Below are positions 37,982 through 53,949 of a DNA stretch of 64,000 nt, in pieces. The stretch is from positions 321,080 through 385,079 of the forward strand of contig RDEW01000021.1 in assembly GCA_011109175.1 (NCBI GenBank). The letters are read 5' to 3'. A program made the position numbers and the translations under genes. The stretch is from Dicyema japonicum. Taxonomy: Eukaryota > Animalia > Dicyemida. The notes beneath the pieces were generated by a model. That model had not been told where the DNA came from, searched no databases, and worked only from the letters and a program-made list of their open reading frames with translations. The first letter of the stretch is position 1; every line of letters begins with the position of its first letter.

Positions 37982-39654
37982 GTTACTCGTTCTGGTTTAA
38001 TGATAATAACAGCTGGGATTGGCGAATGACGTCATCAGTAATTAATCACGGTGGAACCGGATTGTCTTAAGTACTCACATGCAGCAAAGAAGAGAAAAGG
38101 AAGTTAGATAGCCTACAATGTCCTGGTATTTTATTAGTTAGTCTTACAGTTCTTTGCTTCTTCAATAGTGGGAGTTCTGACGAATCTGGGATGAGTAATG
38201 CAGACATTACTTCTCATCGGCGGAAGGGCTGAATTATTATTTATTTCACGATAATCTTGGTACTTATACCTCTGCATAAGTGGGAAATTACGTTATTAGA
38301 GTAAAGAAGTCATGCAACTAATCATTGATATGGAGCCGGGGATGTTCTTAACTTTTTTTTGAAAACTATCTCCGTTCGTGAAAGTCTCTGAGTTGTGTCA
38401 CTATCGAATTACCGATTTCGTTTATTTGAATCGTAAATCATAGTTTTCCGACCTCNCGAAGCTGGGATGAGTAATGCAGACATTACTTCTCATCGGCGGA
38501 AGGGCTGAATTATTATTTATTTCACGATAATCTTGGTACTTATACCTCAGCATAAGCGGGAAATTACGTTATTAGAGTAAAGAAGTCATGCAACTAATCA
38601 TTGAGATGGAGCCGGGGATGTTCTTTAACTTTTTTTTGAAAACTATCTCCGTTCGTGAAAGTCTCTGAGTTGTGTCACTATCGAATTACCGATTTCGTTT
38701 ATTTGAATAGTAAATCATAGTTTTCCGGCCTCCTGGAAAATATCACCTCCAGTTGTTGTCTCATGTCTGGGTTTCATGCTCATTAATCAAAAAATCGCAA
38801 TAACTTTGAATTCTGCTCCCTTTCAACAACGTGCTTTTTTTACAGGATTTTCCGAATTATTTACAATTTATACCGCTTGTTCCTGTTCAAAGACAAAAAA
38901 TCGCAATAACTTTGAATTCTGCTCCCTTTCAACAACGTGCTTTTTTTACAGGATTTTCCGAATTATTTACAATTTATACCGCTTGTTCCTGTTCAAAGAA
39001 TCACTGGTTTCTGTTGACGAAAATTCAGGAGTTTATAAAGAGGAAAGATGCGGATATACCCGGAAATTACTGAAATATAAAATCGAGTAATAAATGGGAG
39101 TGAACTGCCAAATGAGGTCGAAATTCGGAAGAGCATTAAAGGAGTGATTTCATAAATATCATAATTAACGTAAATGAGGAAGATTTTCTATTTGTGCGGC
39201 TATTTCCGTGGATTGCTTCTTTCGTTATAAAAATAGTTCATCCCTCGGAAACATTTATTGATTTTGTTACATACAAAAAATTGGAATGTACAGATGACCT
39301 AGAAGACCAACGGTCGCACATCATCGACAGACCCGTCTAGTAAAGAGGATCTTAAATCGCGGGGCACAAGCGGCAGCTTAGTGGGATCAGGCTTTAAAAA
39401 AGTGGAAAATGTTTTGTTGGGAATAAGTATGACACTTATTGCATGTACAGGGCTGAATTGCTTAAATCGCGGGGCACAAGCGGCAGCTTAGTGGGATCAG
39501 GCTTTAAAAAAGTGGAAAATGTTTTGTTGGGAATGAGTATGACACTTATTGCATGTACAGGGTTGAATTGCATTTTTTTACTTCCTTATAAGCTTAAACT
39601 AAGAATTTTTCTCTGTTTGGAAAAATGCTGAGAAAAAAGATTGCAAGAATTCTG

Positions 39655-40510
39655 GAGAATCGAAAACTTTGAAGAAATTCCATCAAATGTAGGCGAAAAT
39701 TAGTATAGTCAAATGCGGGGATACTTGGTTACAGCTAATGAAGAGCTTTGATTCCGGTTCCTGAGGCATGCAGCCATCAACGGGGTTATGAAGCGCTCTC
39801 TTGAGGCGGCTGGATTCCCGTCGTCTCTGGAACCTGTGGGCCTGGATCGTGTAGATGGAAAGCGCCCAGACGGGTTAAATGTCTTCCTTTTTTCTCGGNT
39901 CGAAAACTTTGAAGAAATTCCATCAAATGTAGGCGAAAATTAGTATAGTCAAATGCGGGGATACTTGGTTACAGCTAATGAAGAGCTTTGATTCCGGTTC
40001 CTTAGGCATGCAGCCATCAACGGGGTTATGAAGCGCTCTCTTGAGGCGGATAAATTCCTGTCGTCTCTGGAACCTGTGGGTCTGGATCGTGTAGATGGAA
40101 AGAGCCCAGGCGGGTTAAATGTCTTCCTTTTTTCTCGGGGGAAATGCTTGATTTTGGATGGGGCCTGCACTGACACCTTTTCTCAGTCGAGACTTGCTAA
40201 TTCCGCGTTGAAAGCTTGGGAGGTTCCTCGGGTTTTCGAGAATTTTGAGATAAAAAAATACGACAGCCTCTCCACAAGATTTCATGTTCAGCCTATTGTT
40301 GTCGAGACGAGTGGAGTTTTCAGGCCAAAACGGTCTCTTCGGACCATCGCTTGGGTCAATGATTTCGAAAATTAGCAATGAGCATCGGGAAACCGAATGG
40401 TTGTTCCAAAGGATTTCTCTGACAGTTTCAGGGGAAACAGACATTCCATACTATCAGCTGCATTATTTTGATTGTTGTTACGTAATAAATAGTTTTCATT
40501 AAAAATTTAA
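39655..40510 (+). mobile_element. CRE-like non-LTR 3' relic
   Basis: [57 protein letters not shown]. Duplicated around N39899. Confidence 0.85.
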
Positions 40511-43095
40511 TTAAAAATTAAATAAAATACTCCTTTTCGTTATTAGAAGCGCTTTCAAAACACGAAAATTGCAACCTAAATGACTGCTCTCTTGTAACGT
40601 TCAATGTCAAAGGACTCTCTAGTGCATGGAAAAGAAAAGAACTTTGTGAAGACCTTTCAAAATACAAGATATCAATCGGATGTCTCCAAGAGACAAAAAG
40701 TATCGAAGGAGTTTGAAATCTTATACAAAGAACAGGAACTGAGCCAATATCATGTGAGATTACTGATTCAAGATGGAGGCTCTTTGGACACATACTCCGC
40801 CACGATATGGGGACCCCTGCCAACATAGCAATGGAGGAGTATTTGTCTTAGAAGCTTCTCGTTTTCGCGGCCGGCCAAAGACAACACTGCCGGTTATTCT
40901 TGATGAAGATCTCAGGATACTCTACGGAACATGGCAACGGATCGAAAAAGATGGGGGACATTAATTAGATTGTTAACTTTTCGTGTTGCACATGCTTTGT
41001 CATGATCTTGGCATCGCTTACGTGCCTATAATAAGTGCTTTCATTCAAAGTTGGAGCCAATGACTTTTTGATGTGTTAAATACTTCAACAATGGATTGGG
41101 TGAGGGAACCAGGATGTGGTTGCTCCGACGAAAGTCATGCTGATATCTTGACAGAGTCCAAATGATCAACTTCCAATACACATCAACACATTGGTTGAAG
41201 CCTATCCAATTGGCGAGGTCATAGTTGATTATGGTTGCCAGGTGAACTTGTTTGTTAACCCGGGCATGCAATCTTTGGTAAGTTCAGCACAAACAGTCAT
41301 AATCCATTAATTATTTTATTAAAAATTGTTACCATGACCCCTGACCTTGGTGAAGGTTTACCAGATGCTTTATTTTTTGATTTTTTTAGTAAGAACTACT
41401 CTGATGTCTGCAGATACTCAAATTATTCCGCTTCTTACTCATCATATGGTTAAGTAAACTAAATCCTTGCTCAAAGCAAAATGATGTCGGAGAACACACA
41501 ATATTGAAGACAGCTACACAGCCTGCCGGCAAGGAGTAGTGATGTTTCCATTAGTAATCCTCAGCTGAGGCAAAACTCACTTTATTTAAGAAAAGTCATG
41601 CCAATTAATGCAAAGCATATAAAATTTTCTTGACTTTTCGTTCTTTTATGGATTTATCATCCAATCTTCAAAAATCCAATAATTGATGTTATATTATTTA
41701 TTCCTCACATATGCCGTTAAAACAGATTGATTGTCATGATTCATCATTTTGCAGTGAAAATTTTGTTTTTTGCGAGAGAAATGATTAAGAAATGTTTGAG
41801 ATCTTCAGGCATATCCTCATATCTTCTTCGCAGTATGTCGTCACTGAATGGAATAATTTTAATAATTTGGAAGATTCCCTCTCAGAATATGTTTTATAAA
41901 CAATTCTACACAGGAAGTACAGCTATCTCAGAAATCGAATGAGGATTACCTATATAAACTAAAATAAAGAAAAACTAGTATTGGGGATAACTTCTGCAAC
42001 TTTATCTGAATGCACAAGCCCTTAATAGTTCGAGGACTGTAGGTATTTATTTGTTATAGTTTTAGGTTTCTAAAAAAATCAATATCTGTTCCTAGTGATT
42101 GGATGCTTGCGTCTTACATGTTCTATAAGTGAGATGGCTTCATCATTTTGTTAGAAAAATCCACACTACATTGCAAAGACAAGGGTTTAAGTGGATCCTA
42201 TGGATTTTGAGTAAAACCATAAGATAAATAGTTCTCTATATTTTTAACAAATCCCATCAAAAAATTGCACACTTTTTTTTAAATTATATTATTATTATTT
42301 TTTTTAACGACCAAGAAAACACGGGCAACCCACCTAGGCACTATCAGACCTTTTTTGTCTGCTAAGTATAGTGTTGATGATGGTGGGCTAGTAAATGTGA
42401 AGGCGTTGATCGAATTACAATATAATAATTTGATGGAAAAGATCNTTAACAAAAAAATAAATGTTAGTTGAGGAATCCGGATGCGTGGATCGCGAACGAG
42501 TTCCCTTGGAGTATGGCCATTCCAATCTTTTGTCTCACCCATAATCCTTCTCGTTGATATCTTTTCTTTTGGCAAACAATCCTCCGAGTTCGCGCAAGAA
42601 CGCAGGTGTCATTGGACCAACGGCTCCTGATGATTCGACCGCAACAAGAGTAAATCAGTACCAGTTTAAATTATTTAAAATAAATTTATTTGTAAATATA
42701 TCATAATTAAAAATCTGTAATTCAAAAATCGCCCCTGAAAGAAAAAAATCATCCCTCCTTGAGAAACACTGCATTACAGGCTTCCGCTTTAGAAGTAGAT
42801 CCGCCTTCTTATCTTCATCAGTAAAGTTGGTCAGGTGTAACCTAAAAATGATTGGTTTGTTATTTGCTCAATGTACTTTATCTCACGCACCAACTAAGTA
42901 TCATAGCCAATGATGAAGACCCAAGAGAGTTCATGAATTCATCATAGTTTCGTTAAACATTTAATAATCAAAAACCGATCATTATGGTTTTCTCTGTAAT
43001 AGGGCTGTTGAAATGTTGCATCAAATGCAGATTCTTGGTATTTTAACTTACAAATAAGAACTTAAAATAATATTCAAACTCTTTTAAAAATATAA

Positions 43096-44254
43096 CTATC
43101 TATTCACAATAGCTAAATATCCACAAGGATGATAAATAGCAAAATCTGCAGCAATCAATTGCTCTCTTCTAATCCAAGGAGAATTATCCATGACAACCAA
43201 ATCGTTGCTCATCCCACAACTGGACTCATCATTCAGTACTATGATCCCTACAATACGCACAACAACTAACGATGACCACGTGGATTCCATAACATTGAAA
43301 TTACATGTTTTAGACTCATGAAGCGGAAATAAATATCCTGGGTGTATTTATCAGTCTAACACGTGGGCCATATGACAACCTTAGACAAAAAAATGAAGTG
43401 ATCATGTCTTCTACACATGTGATTAAACCCAATCAAGTAGTCAGACACATCCTCAGCCTTCAGCACGTGGCGAATCTGCACGACGCAGGTAGAAGTAACA
43501 CGATCTAGGACAGCCCCCAATTGAACTACTAATTAATGAGAAAACTACGAGAATATTCCATCAACTCATCATCACTACACAACCACGTGGTCCCGTCATA
43601 GGTCAAAATAGCCTCAGGAAAGACAGAATTACCGACAGAGATAATAATAAAGGCACAAAACGTTTCAAGTACAAACAAGTCGACTTTCTCTGACCGGTAA
43701 AACAAAACCGAGTGCCTCCCCCGCACTTGAGATGGCATGACCTTACAAGGCACGTGCACTTTATGAACATCACTAGTCATGGAATTTTTTAAAATGATAT
43801 AAGTGCAGTCGATTAACTCGCCACTACTCTCAGGACTGCACATAGATATGATACTTACTAAGGAAAGGATGAAATGATGAGATTTCCCGCTTGGTTTGGG
43901 TCCTGAAATACACGTACCAAGTCATCATGTGCGATTCCTACGGGTGAACAGTATGACTTTGGTATTAGCAAAGGAATACCAATCTCATTGGATCGCTGAA
44001 ACAGAATTTCCATATTTTGAACAAAAATTCACATTCGTGGTCATCTGTTGGGGAGAGGGAGATCACATAATCACCACCGATAGTAAAGCCTAGTAAATAT
44101 TCACTAATCATAAGTTTGACTATGACCTGTTTATTGGAGAATTCGGTAGTATATCACTAAGGCAATATAAAATCATAAAGTTCTTGGGCAAATTATATGG
44201 AAAACCGAGCAAAATATAAAATAAAGGTACCTCAAAACAAATGACTCGATCCAT
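43096..44254 (-). CDS. DCAF15-like protein (compact)
   Basis: Spliced model with six 23-24 nt GT-AG introns. LP..LSDIL..EYLLGFTIGGDYVISL..FLFKIWKFCFSDPMRL recalls DCAF15 HIFLGFSKCGRYVLSY..LYWWEFNVHSKLKL. Confidence 0.6.
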
Positions 44255-44339
44255 ACAACAGTTGTCGCCAACAAAATTACTTTTAAATTAAATATTTAAA
44301 TAATATATAATAATAAATAATATTAATTAAAACGAAACT

Positions 44340-45180
44340 TCGGATTAGAGTTCTAAACAACGAAATAAAGGCCAGAGAGCTCAAAGCTCAGAAATTGAAG
44401 TGGAATCAGATTCTTACAAAGGTAAATCGCAACCGTAGTACCGGAGAAGTGTGGAAAGCCATCCGAAATGTTGCAAAGGGAAAAGAAACTTCCCCCGAGG
44501 AAGACTATACTTAACGAGACGTTAAAAATTTAATAAAATTCTACACAAAAATTTCGTACAAGGAACACAGGAAGTCGGAAGTACTTCTCTCTTCATGGAG
44601 AAAACTGAAGAAGGATTCTAACCCAGTATACTTTTCGGATAAGGACGTGAAGAATGCGCTGCATTTTACAAGAACAACGTACTCTGCCGGTCCCGACAAC
44701 ATTCCAGTAGTGTTATTGAAGAACCTTGGAGATATTGGAGTCGGTTTTCTAGCGTCGGTGTATAACTATTCAATTAATTGTAATGTAATACCGTTGTTGT
44801 GGAAGCAAGCCAACATCCGACCTATACTGAAACCTGGAAATCCTAAGGAAGATCCGGCATCATTTAGACCTGTGTCATTGTTATGTTCCATATCGAAAAT
44901 CTTGGAAAGGCTTGTGCTTGGAAGAACCAACCTATCAAACAGGAATATAGAAAAAATCAATACCTTCCAAAAAAATGGCCAGTAAGGCTTTGCAAAGGTT
45001 TTTTTGGACACCTCTAAACCCTACACCTTTTGAGGATTTAGTGAGGAAAACCAGAGCCTTACTACCCTCCAAAAAAGTTAGAAACCCCCGCCCAATCCGG
45101 AAATGCGTTGGAACCCGGGAAAAACACCGAGCAAGAATGAGATGGCTGCTCGAGGCGGCCGGAATCACCTGACGGCTATG
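44340..45180 (+). mobile_element. LINE relic with RT core deleted
   Basis: SAGPDNIP..WKQANIRPILKPG..SFRPVSLLCSISKILERLV joined directly to the 3' part ending LLEAAGIT. Confidence 0.85.
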
Positions 45181-47507
45181 TAGTTATTTAATTTGTCGGT
45201 GATTTTTGGTTTTTAATAATAATAACTGGAAAGGATCCCACAGCTGCAAGGACTGGATGTGATCTTACTTTTCTGTTCCTGGATGAACATGTATGTGATA
45301 TTTCAAGGCCTCTCTGCTTCAGTGACCACGGGAACGTGACACATTAAATAGAATAAAACTTCTTTTTTATGAAGATTAATTCTTAACTCCAAGACTAACC
45401 TAAGGTCCTCTTTCATACAATGACTAGAGATTTCTATTCCTCGGGTTCGACTTTAACGACTCTTACTATTTTTGGGAAATTTTTTCATATGTGTGTATCA
45501 GAAAAAAGACGATTGAGGTTTGGAGACTTGAGGTATATCAATTTCCTCATATAAGATGGTTCTTCCTCTTCCACCTTACAATGACACCTACTCAGCAATT
45601 GTCGAGATTTTTAAAGAAAATACCCTAAGAGAACAGTTTGTTTTTAAGCTCTCTGGGATTCTAGAAAACAGATCGTACCATCGGATTGCTGATAACAAAA
45701 GGGAGAAACATTCGAGATGGGGGGAATGGATCGCAGATTGAGCGCATCTATATACAAATCGTAAGGGGGGATTCGCTCACGAGAACTACTTACTACTTGA
45801 TGACACTTTGGAGGTTAATAAATTAATTAGCCTTGATTGAGCTGCTGATGTGGCTATTGCACAGTCTTGTAGTCCGAATGGATAAAGATGGAGGCTCGAG
45901 AGACATCAGATAGAAATTAAAACCTGTGATGCAACAAGATTCTGTGCTATTTTTTTGTACAATCAGAAGCTTAGAACTCGGCAAAGTTTATCTACAAGAA
46001 ACTTCACTTTGCCCATCACGCCTTCCTGATGACCAGAATACCCTATTTTTTTGTCTAGGTCCGATTCCAAGTTTTGCACAGCACCAAATACATTTGATGG
46101 ATCTCTGGGAGCGTCCGTTCTTGGCTGTAACGTTCTTATTAGGCATCAGTCTCCTCCAGTGGAAGGGACCGGGGGTAGATAAGCAGCTTAGATGTATGGT
46201 AATCTGGCAAACAAGAAAATTTTAAAAACATAATTGTCTGGAAAGACATGATGCTTAAGGAATCGATTGGACTGAGATGAATAGAACGAGGGTACAAAAA
46301 GTTAAATATGAACCTGGATGCAGGGGTGGGATCTCAAAAAAATCTTGCATGACAGTCACAATATTAACAAATTCCTTTTCGCTAACTTTAAATAGTTTCA
46401 AGGTAATTAAATATCACTAAATTAGCCAATTAGTTCATTCATCCTTACAGCTGTTCTCTTACCCCAATATAAAGCCTTAACCATATGTTGGATCGGAGAC
46501 ATATATTGGAGATCTGCCAGTCCCAGGGAACTTGATTATCAAAAGAGAATTTGGTTAGGTTCCATTTTTTTACCTCCTGTAATATTTACTTCCTTTATGT
46601 TTTCACATTAGTGGCGAAAACGAAAATTTGTGTCTGATAACATTTCGACAAAATTATTTTTTTAAATATCACATTTAAAAATATTTTACTTAAAAATTAA
46701 ATTTATAATTTTCGATAAATAAAACCTTAAATGAAATAAATAAATTAAACAAAACCTTAAATGGCCACTAAAGATTTGAATAATGAAATGACAAGAAAAA
46801 TATCCAAAATGCAAGTGTATATTGTAACATAATCTAGAAAGGAAATCAAAATTTCGAATTTACGTTGTACATAAAATGCTCGGACATTTTGCTAGTCTAG
46901 CTATAAAGAACTCAACTCAAAAAACTTAATTTATACAATAAACTTAGTTTTTTTTATTTTCCCTCGGAAGTCTAGCCAAATTTACAAAATATAATTTTAT
47001 AGATTTAATTTCCTTATTTAAAACCCTGGGTCATTGAGAAGAAAGACAAAGTATCATCAATCAGTTTAGGTGATCCGATTTCATTAATTGCAAAGTTCAT
47101 CTTACTTCTGTGCTCCTTCATTGTACACACCAGTGTCCGGAAGCGCCTCCCGTATAAAATGGATAGGGAAAATAACTTCTGGGAAGACCGATTTTCATTT
47201 CGTGAAAAAAGGCGAATCAGGTTTCTTTTTCACAAAAGCAGAAGAATCCAGCTCCACATCCACCGGTCGTAGCTTCCACGATTAGAGGGTTTATCCCTAT
47301 TGCCCATGATGGAGAATCGACCGGTATGGTGGATTGCACAGTGACATCAAAATTAACTAATCACATGATCCCGACACGCTCCTTAATATATTTTTTTGAT
47401 TTCATATAAATTCTCAATATACGTAAATAAAATATAAAATTTTATTAATGTTTGTTAAATTAAAAAAATTAATAAAATTTAAATTTTGATTGTTTCAGGT
47501 TGTAAAA

Positions 47508-48306
47508 ATGAATTTTATATCAAAATTCAACTCAAAACTAAATGTAATACCAAGGACTCTGTTTATTTCTACCAAACTAACTCCAAACCCCGATTCTGTT
47601 ATTTTTAATGTCGCCAATCCTGTTTCTCACCCAGAAAATAACTTAATACGTGAATTTTCGAATGATAAACCTAAAGATTTAATTATATCACCCCTTGCCA
47701 GGTTTTAGCTTTGGCTAGAGTTTAGAAATCTTCTTTCCATTGAAGGAATCATACGGGTCTTCTACGGGAGTGAGTCCATCACCCTCACTAAGGTCCCTTT
47801 GTTATTTGATGATTAAGGACCGCCAGTTTGAGTGGATGCTGCTAAAACCTGAAATATTTTCCATTCTGACTGAGCATTTCAGTTCCAAAAGTTCAGTTTA
47901 TGTGGAGTCGAATAGTTACGTTGATCACGTGGCAGGTGATAATTCAGAGGATGATGAACTGACATCAATGATTATCGAGCTGATAGATTCCCGCATCAGG
48001 CCACACATACAGCACGATGGTGGAGATGTTCAGTTTATGGTGTTTGAAGGGGTGACTGTTAGGGCTTTTCAGATGGAGTGGTCAAGGTCAGACTAATGGG
48101 AGCCTGTGTAGGCTGTCCAAGTTCAATCGACACTCTGAAAGGAGGAATAGAGAGGATGCTCCATTACTACATACCACAGGTTACATCTGTTGAAGAGGTA
48201 GTGTGCTGTCATAATGTAGTATTTTGATGATGTTACCACCATTGCTTTACAAAAGTTGGAAGATAAATTGAATTATGAAAAATCTAAGGAGCCAAAAATT
48301 GAGTGA
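47508..48306 (+). CDS. NFU1: NFU1 iron-sulfur cluster scaffold, mitochondrial
   Basis: TPNPDS, SPLAR|[61 protein letters not shown]. Introns of 24, 25, 23 and 22 nt. Confidence 0.95.
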
Positions 48307-49103
48307 TATTTGTGTTTTAACTATTTAATGTTGTCAATGCTTATTGTACGTTTGTTTTTTGTTATAGGATCACTAGGTTTAAGGAAAAATGTCCTCGGCT
48401 ATAGAGTGATTCTAGACCAACAAAGGGGGTCGAAACTGATGGGGGTTACATCTTGAACTGCTCTCGGCAATTGCCGTCGAGATAATTTGAGGGATAGCAG
48501 GAGGTCTTTGTCTTTCCTAAAAACCATGATACGTTTGGCGTCCGTGAAACCAAGTACCACATATCATGAGAGGAAACTATGTCGGCGAGGGTAAATAGTT
48601 AGAGTTTAGTAAACGTTTTTGCTGTATAAATTAAAATAATGGGTATTCCAGTGATATAGGGAGGACTCCTTTAGTAAAAGGCCAGAGTAACTCTGCCGGT
48701 GACCTACGAAATGACCTGAAAATTGAAGTTGAAATTGGCGGATGACCTAGATTCATTGAGGATGCAATGCTCCTCGATACGTTTTATGTTTCCGATTACT
48801 AGGTTTCAGATCACTGTACAGCGCTGATGGTAGGTTACACGTGGGCAACCAGGGTATTTCTTTCCGTCCGACGTGGAATAATCCTTCATAGCGGCGGTTG
48901 CTCTGTCAAGCGTAATAAGCGTTATAACTACAATCCGTTTACGTGGATGCAAATACAAAATTAATCCTAAACACACCTCTCACGTTGTTAAAATTACATT
49001 TCCCAACGAAATTCCATATTTTACTTTAATCTAACATGACTCCCTAAATATGTACAAAATTTAATAAAATTATTTATTAAAAGTTAAATATCAAAAATTA
49101 TTT

Positions 49104-51492
<2,389 letters not shown>

Positions 51493-51849
51493 TTCCGTAA
51501 TTAAATATCAAATTTAATACTCTGATTAATATTTTATTTGTTTTTATGAATTTATTTATAAATATAAATTAATTTTAAAATAATCCAATTAACTGAATTT
51601 TGTCATGAGCAATATTATATACAGTGAATTTACGAAGTGATGCGTCACTCCAATTTGACTAACTATGCAAATTAATTATATATTTCTACTCATTGTTTAC
51701 GTTTTACTGTGGAAACCGAGAAGCGTTTTTTAGAGAGAAAACAAAAATTTGAATTAGAAAGCCGCACCCCTAACTACGCGGTTATTCACCCTTTAGATTG
51801 TGGGGGAAATCGACTCGAATAGCCAATAGCATTCTCAAAAATCTCTGAG

Positions 51850-52950
51850 AGGGTTGAAATTAGGATTCTGAGGACACCGGATTTTCTGACAAGGATTTCT
51901 AGAGAAGTCGACTTCTACGTGTCGCCATTGAGCTTTGTATAACCTGAGGGACTTTTATTATTATTAACCTCGAAAAAGTGAACGCCAAGAAAGGAGTTAA
52001 AGTGATCTTGGTAGACCCCGACAGGATCTAGAGGTTTTTGATGTGGTCCTTCATAATTTCCGTAGCTCTTCTGAATCCACAACGCTCCTCTTACATAAAA
52101 ATTTTGAGAGGGGTGGGGTTTTCCTCAATTTACGTGTTTAGGCGGCTTCTATTGATAGAAGCGATCAGATTCTGATCCTCAGAAAGTGATGAAACTGGAT
52201 TCATTGTTCTGGATTGCTACGTGGTCAAGTAGTTGGGAGAATAGTGGCAGACATTAGTTAATCGGACCATTGTTGCTCTAAGAGAATCAATCGTGTGGTA
52301 GTTCGAAATAAAAATTCCATAAGCCCAGGAGACACAGACATACTCCACCGTCGGTTTTAAGAGCTAATTAGCATTCCTGTGACGGTTCGGATTTCATAAT
52401 GTCGAGTTTTCGGAGGCCCTTTGCCATAACGTTTTTCACACGTTGAGAAATGGAGAGCAAGGGGTCCATGGTCACTCCCAGGTCGGTGATAAAAAATTTA
52501 TAGGAGGATTTTTCCTTGGACACGGAAAGTCAGTTCGAAGACACTCAAGCTCTCAGGCCGTTTATGTGTGACTAAAGTTCTGATTTTGTCATATCCACGT
52601 ATCTGTTTTTTGATTGTGGTAATTAAATCGTCTGAATACGTTAGAAGCATTGAATCAGAAAGCGCTGGAAAAAGGGGTGATCCTTGAGGGGTACCATTCG
52701 GGAGGAGACGGTATCTCGATCTTGAATGGTTTACATATACACGTGGTAAACTTTAATTGGTCTTCTCTATTTTTAATAAGTATTAACACTTTTTGCAAAG
52801 AACCAGAAAGTCTATTTGGGGGATTATCCTTGCGGAGGAATTCCTCAGTGTTGAAGAAGGACATCCTGATTGAGATACCTCTGCAGAAATTCGAGGGACA
52901 CTTCCAGAAGGCGAAGGTATCGCTCGATTAGAGGAGAGTCCGGGAGTTTG
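51850..52950 (-). mobile_element. LINE RT relic
   Basis: GTPQGSPLFPAL..YSDD, DLGVTMDPLL..VKNV, KPTVEYVCVSW. Confidence 0.75.
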
Positions 52951-53169
52951 TAAAAGCTGAGAGTACTTAATTCTTAGTGGTCTATGGGTTTATTAAAATC
53001 ACAAACCTAATCACCTCTGATTTGGACATTTCAGTGAGGAAGTTGATTTGGGTCTTCTGGATTAATACACGAAAATGAAATGAATACAGTAAATCCTCTC
53101 AAATTATTGGTTTTTCATCATGTATGGTATTTCGTCAAACTTTATTACATTAAAACAATCAATCTGAGG

Positions 53170-53325
53170 GGCATAGGGTAACCACCCGTTGCGTGGCTAT
53201 TACCTCTCGATATTCACTCAAATAACCAACAGGGCACATGGAGATCACCAGTGCGTGTATAAAACAGATTCCCTAGACGACCCAGGAATTCGAGCGTCGA
53301 AGGCGAAGGGAACTTGACGTTTCAC
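53170..53325 (+). repeat. LINE 3' end fragment (family D)
   Basis: Reverse-complement match to 8183-8310 and 17340-17490. Confidence 0.65.
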
Positions 53326-53949
53326 TTTTTTAAAGATAAATTATTCATTAGAAATTTCACCTTCTCCCCCAATAACTACTAAAATATTCAGTAATTATTT
53401 TTGTATTCTGGTCATCACGAAGGTTTGATGGGCAATGTGGAGAGGACGATATTCCCAACTGTCTGTAAAAATGGCACAACATCCACAGCAAAAAAAACTT
53501 AAATTTGGTCTGCTAGAATTTTTGTGTTACATTATTTTTTGACGAAAGATTCTCAAAATATCTTTGATTTTTGAATTTTCCAAAGAATAGCACTGCCTTT
53601 CAACATGGTTTCTATAAAAACACATACAAACATTAGGATTCCATAAAGTCAATGCACAACTGAACATCACTGTCAACATCTGAAATGTTAACGCATGTTG
53701 GGATCATCTTCATTGACACGTGTGCGACCTTGCAACCTACTCTAAAGTGCTTCTCTCCAGAGAGCAGTCAGATTTGTTCACTTTTTCGGAAAAACTGTTT
53801 TCAAATTTCTGAAAAAAATTTTGGATTTTAGGAAATTTTTTTGTCATTTTGTAGAAAAAAAATATATTTTAATTTTTCAGAATTTTTGATTGTTCACAAC
53901 TTGGTATGAATGATTAAGAAAATAAAACGAGTAAATTATCTAATTAAGC

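Noticed and set aside
47490-47510. Trans-splice acceptor TTTCAG 9 nt before the NFU1 ATG
   Set aside because: A single instance; an upstream GT could make it a cis intron, and no SL RNA gene was seen.
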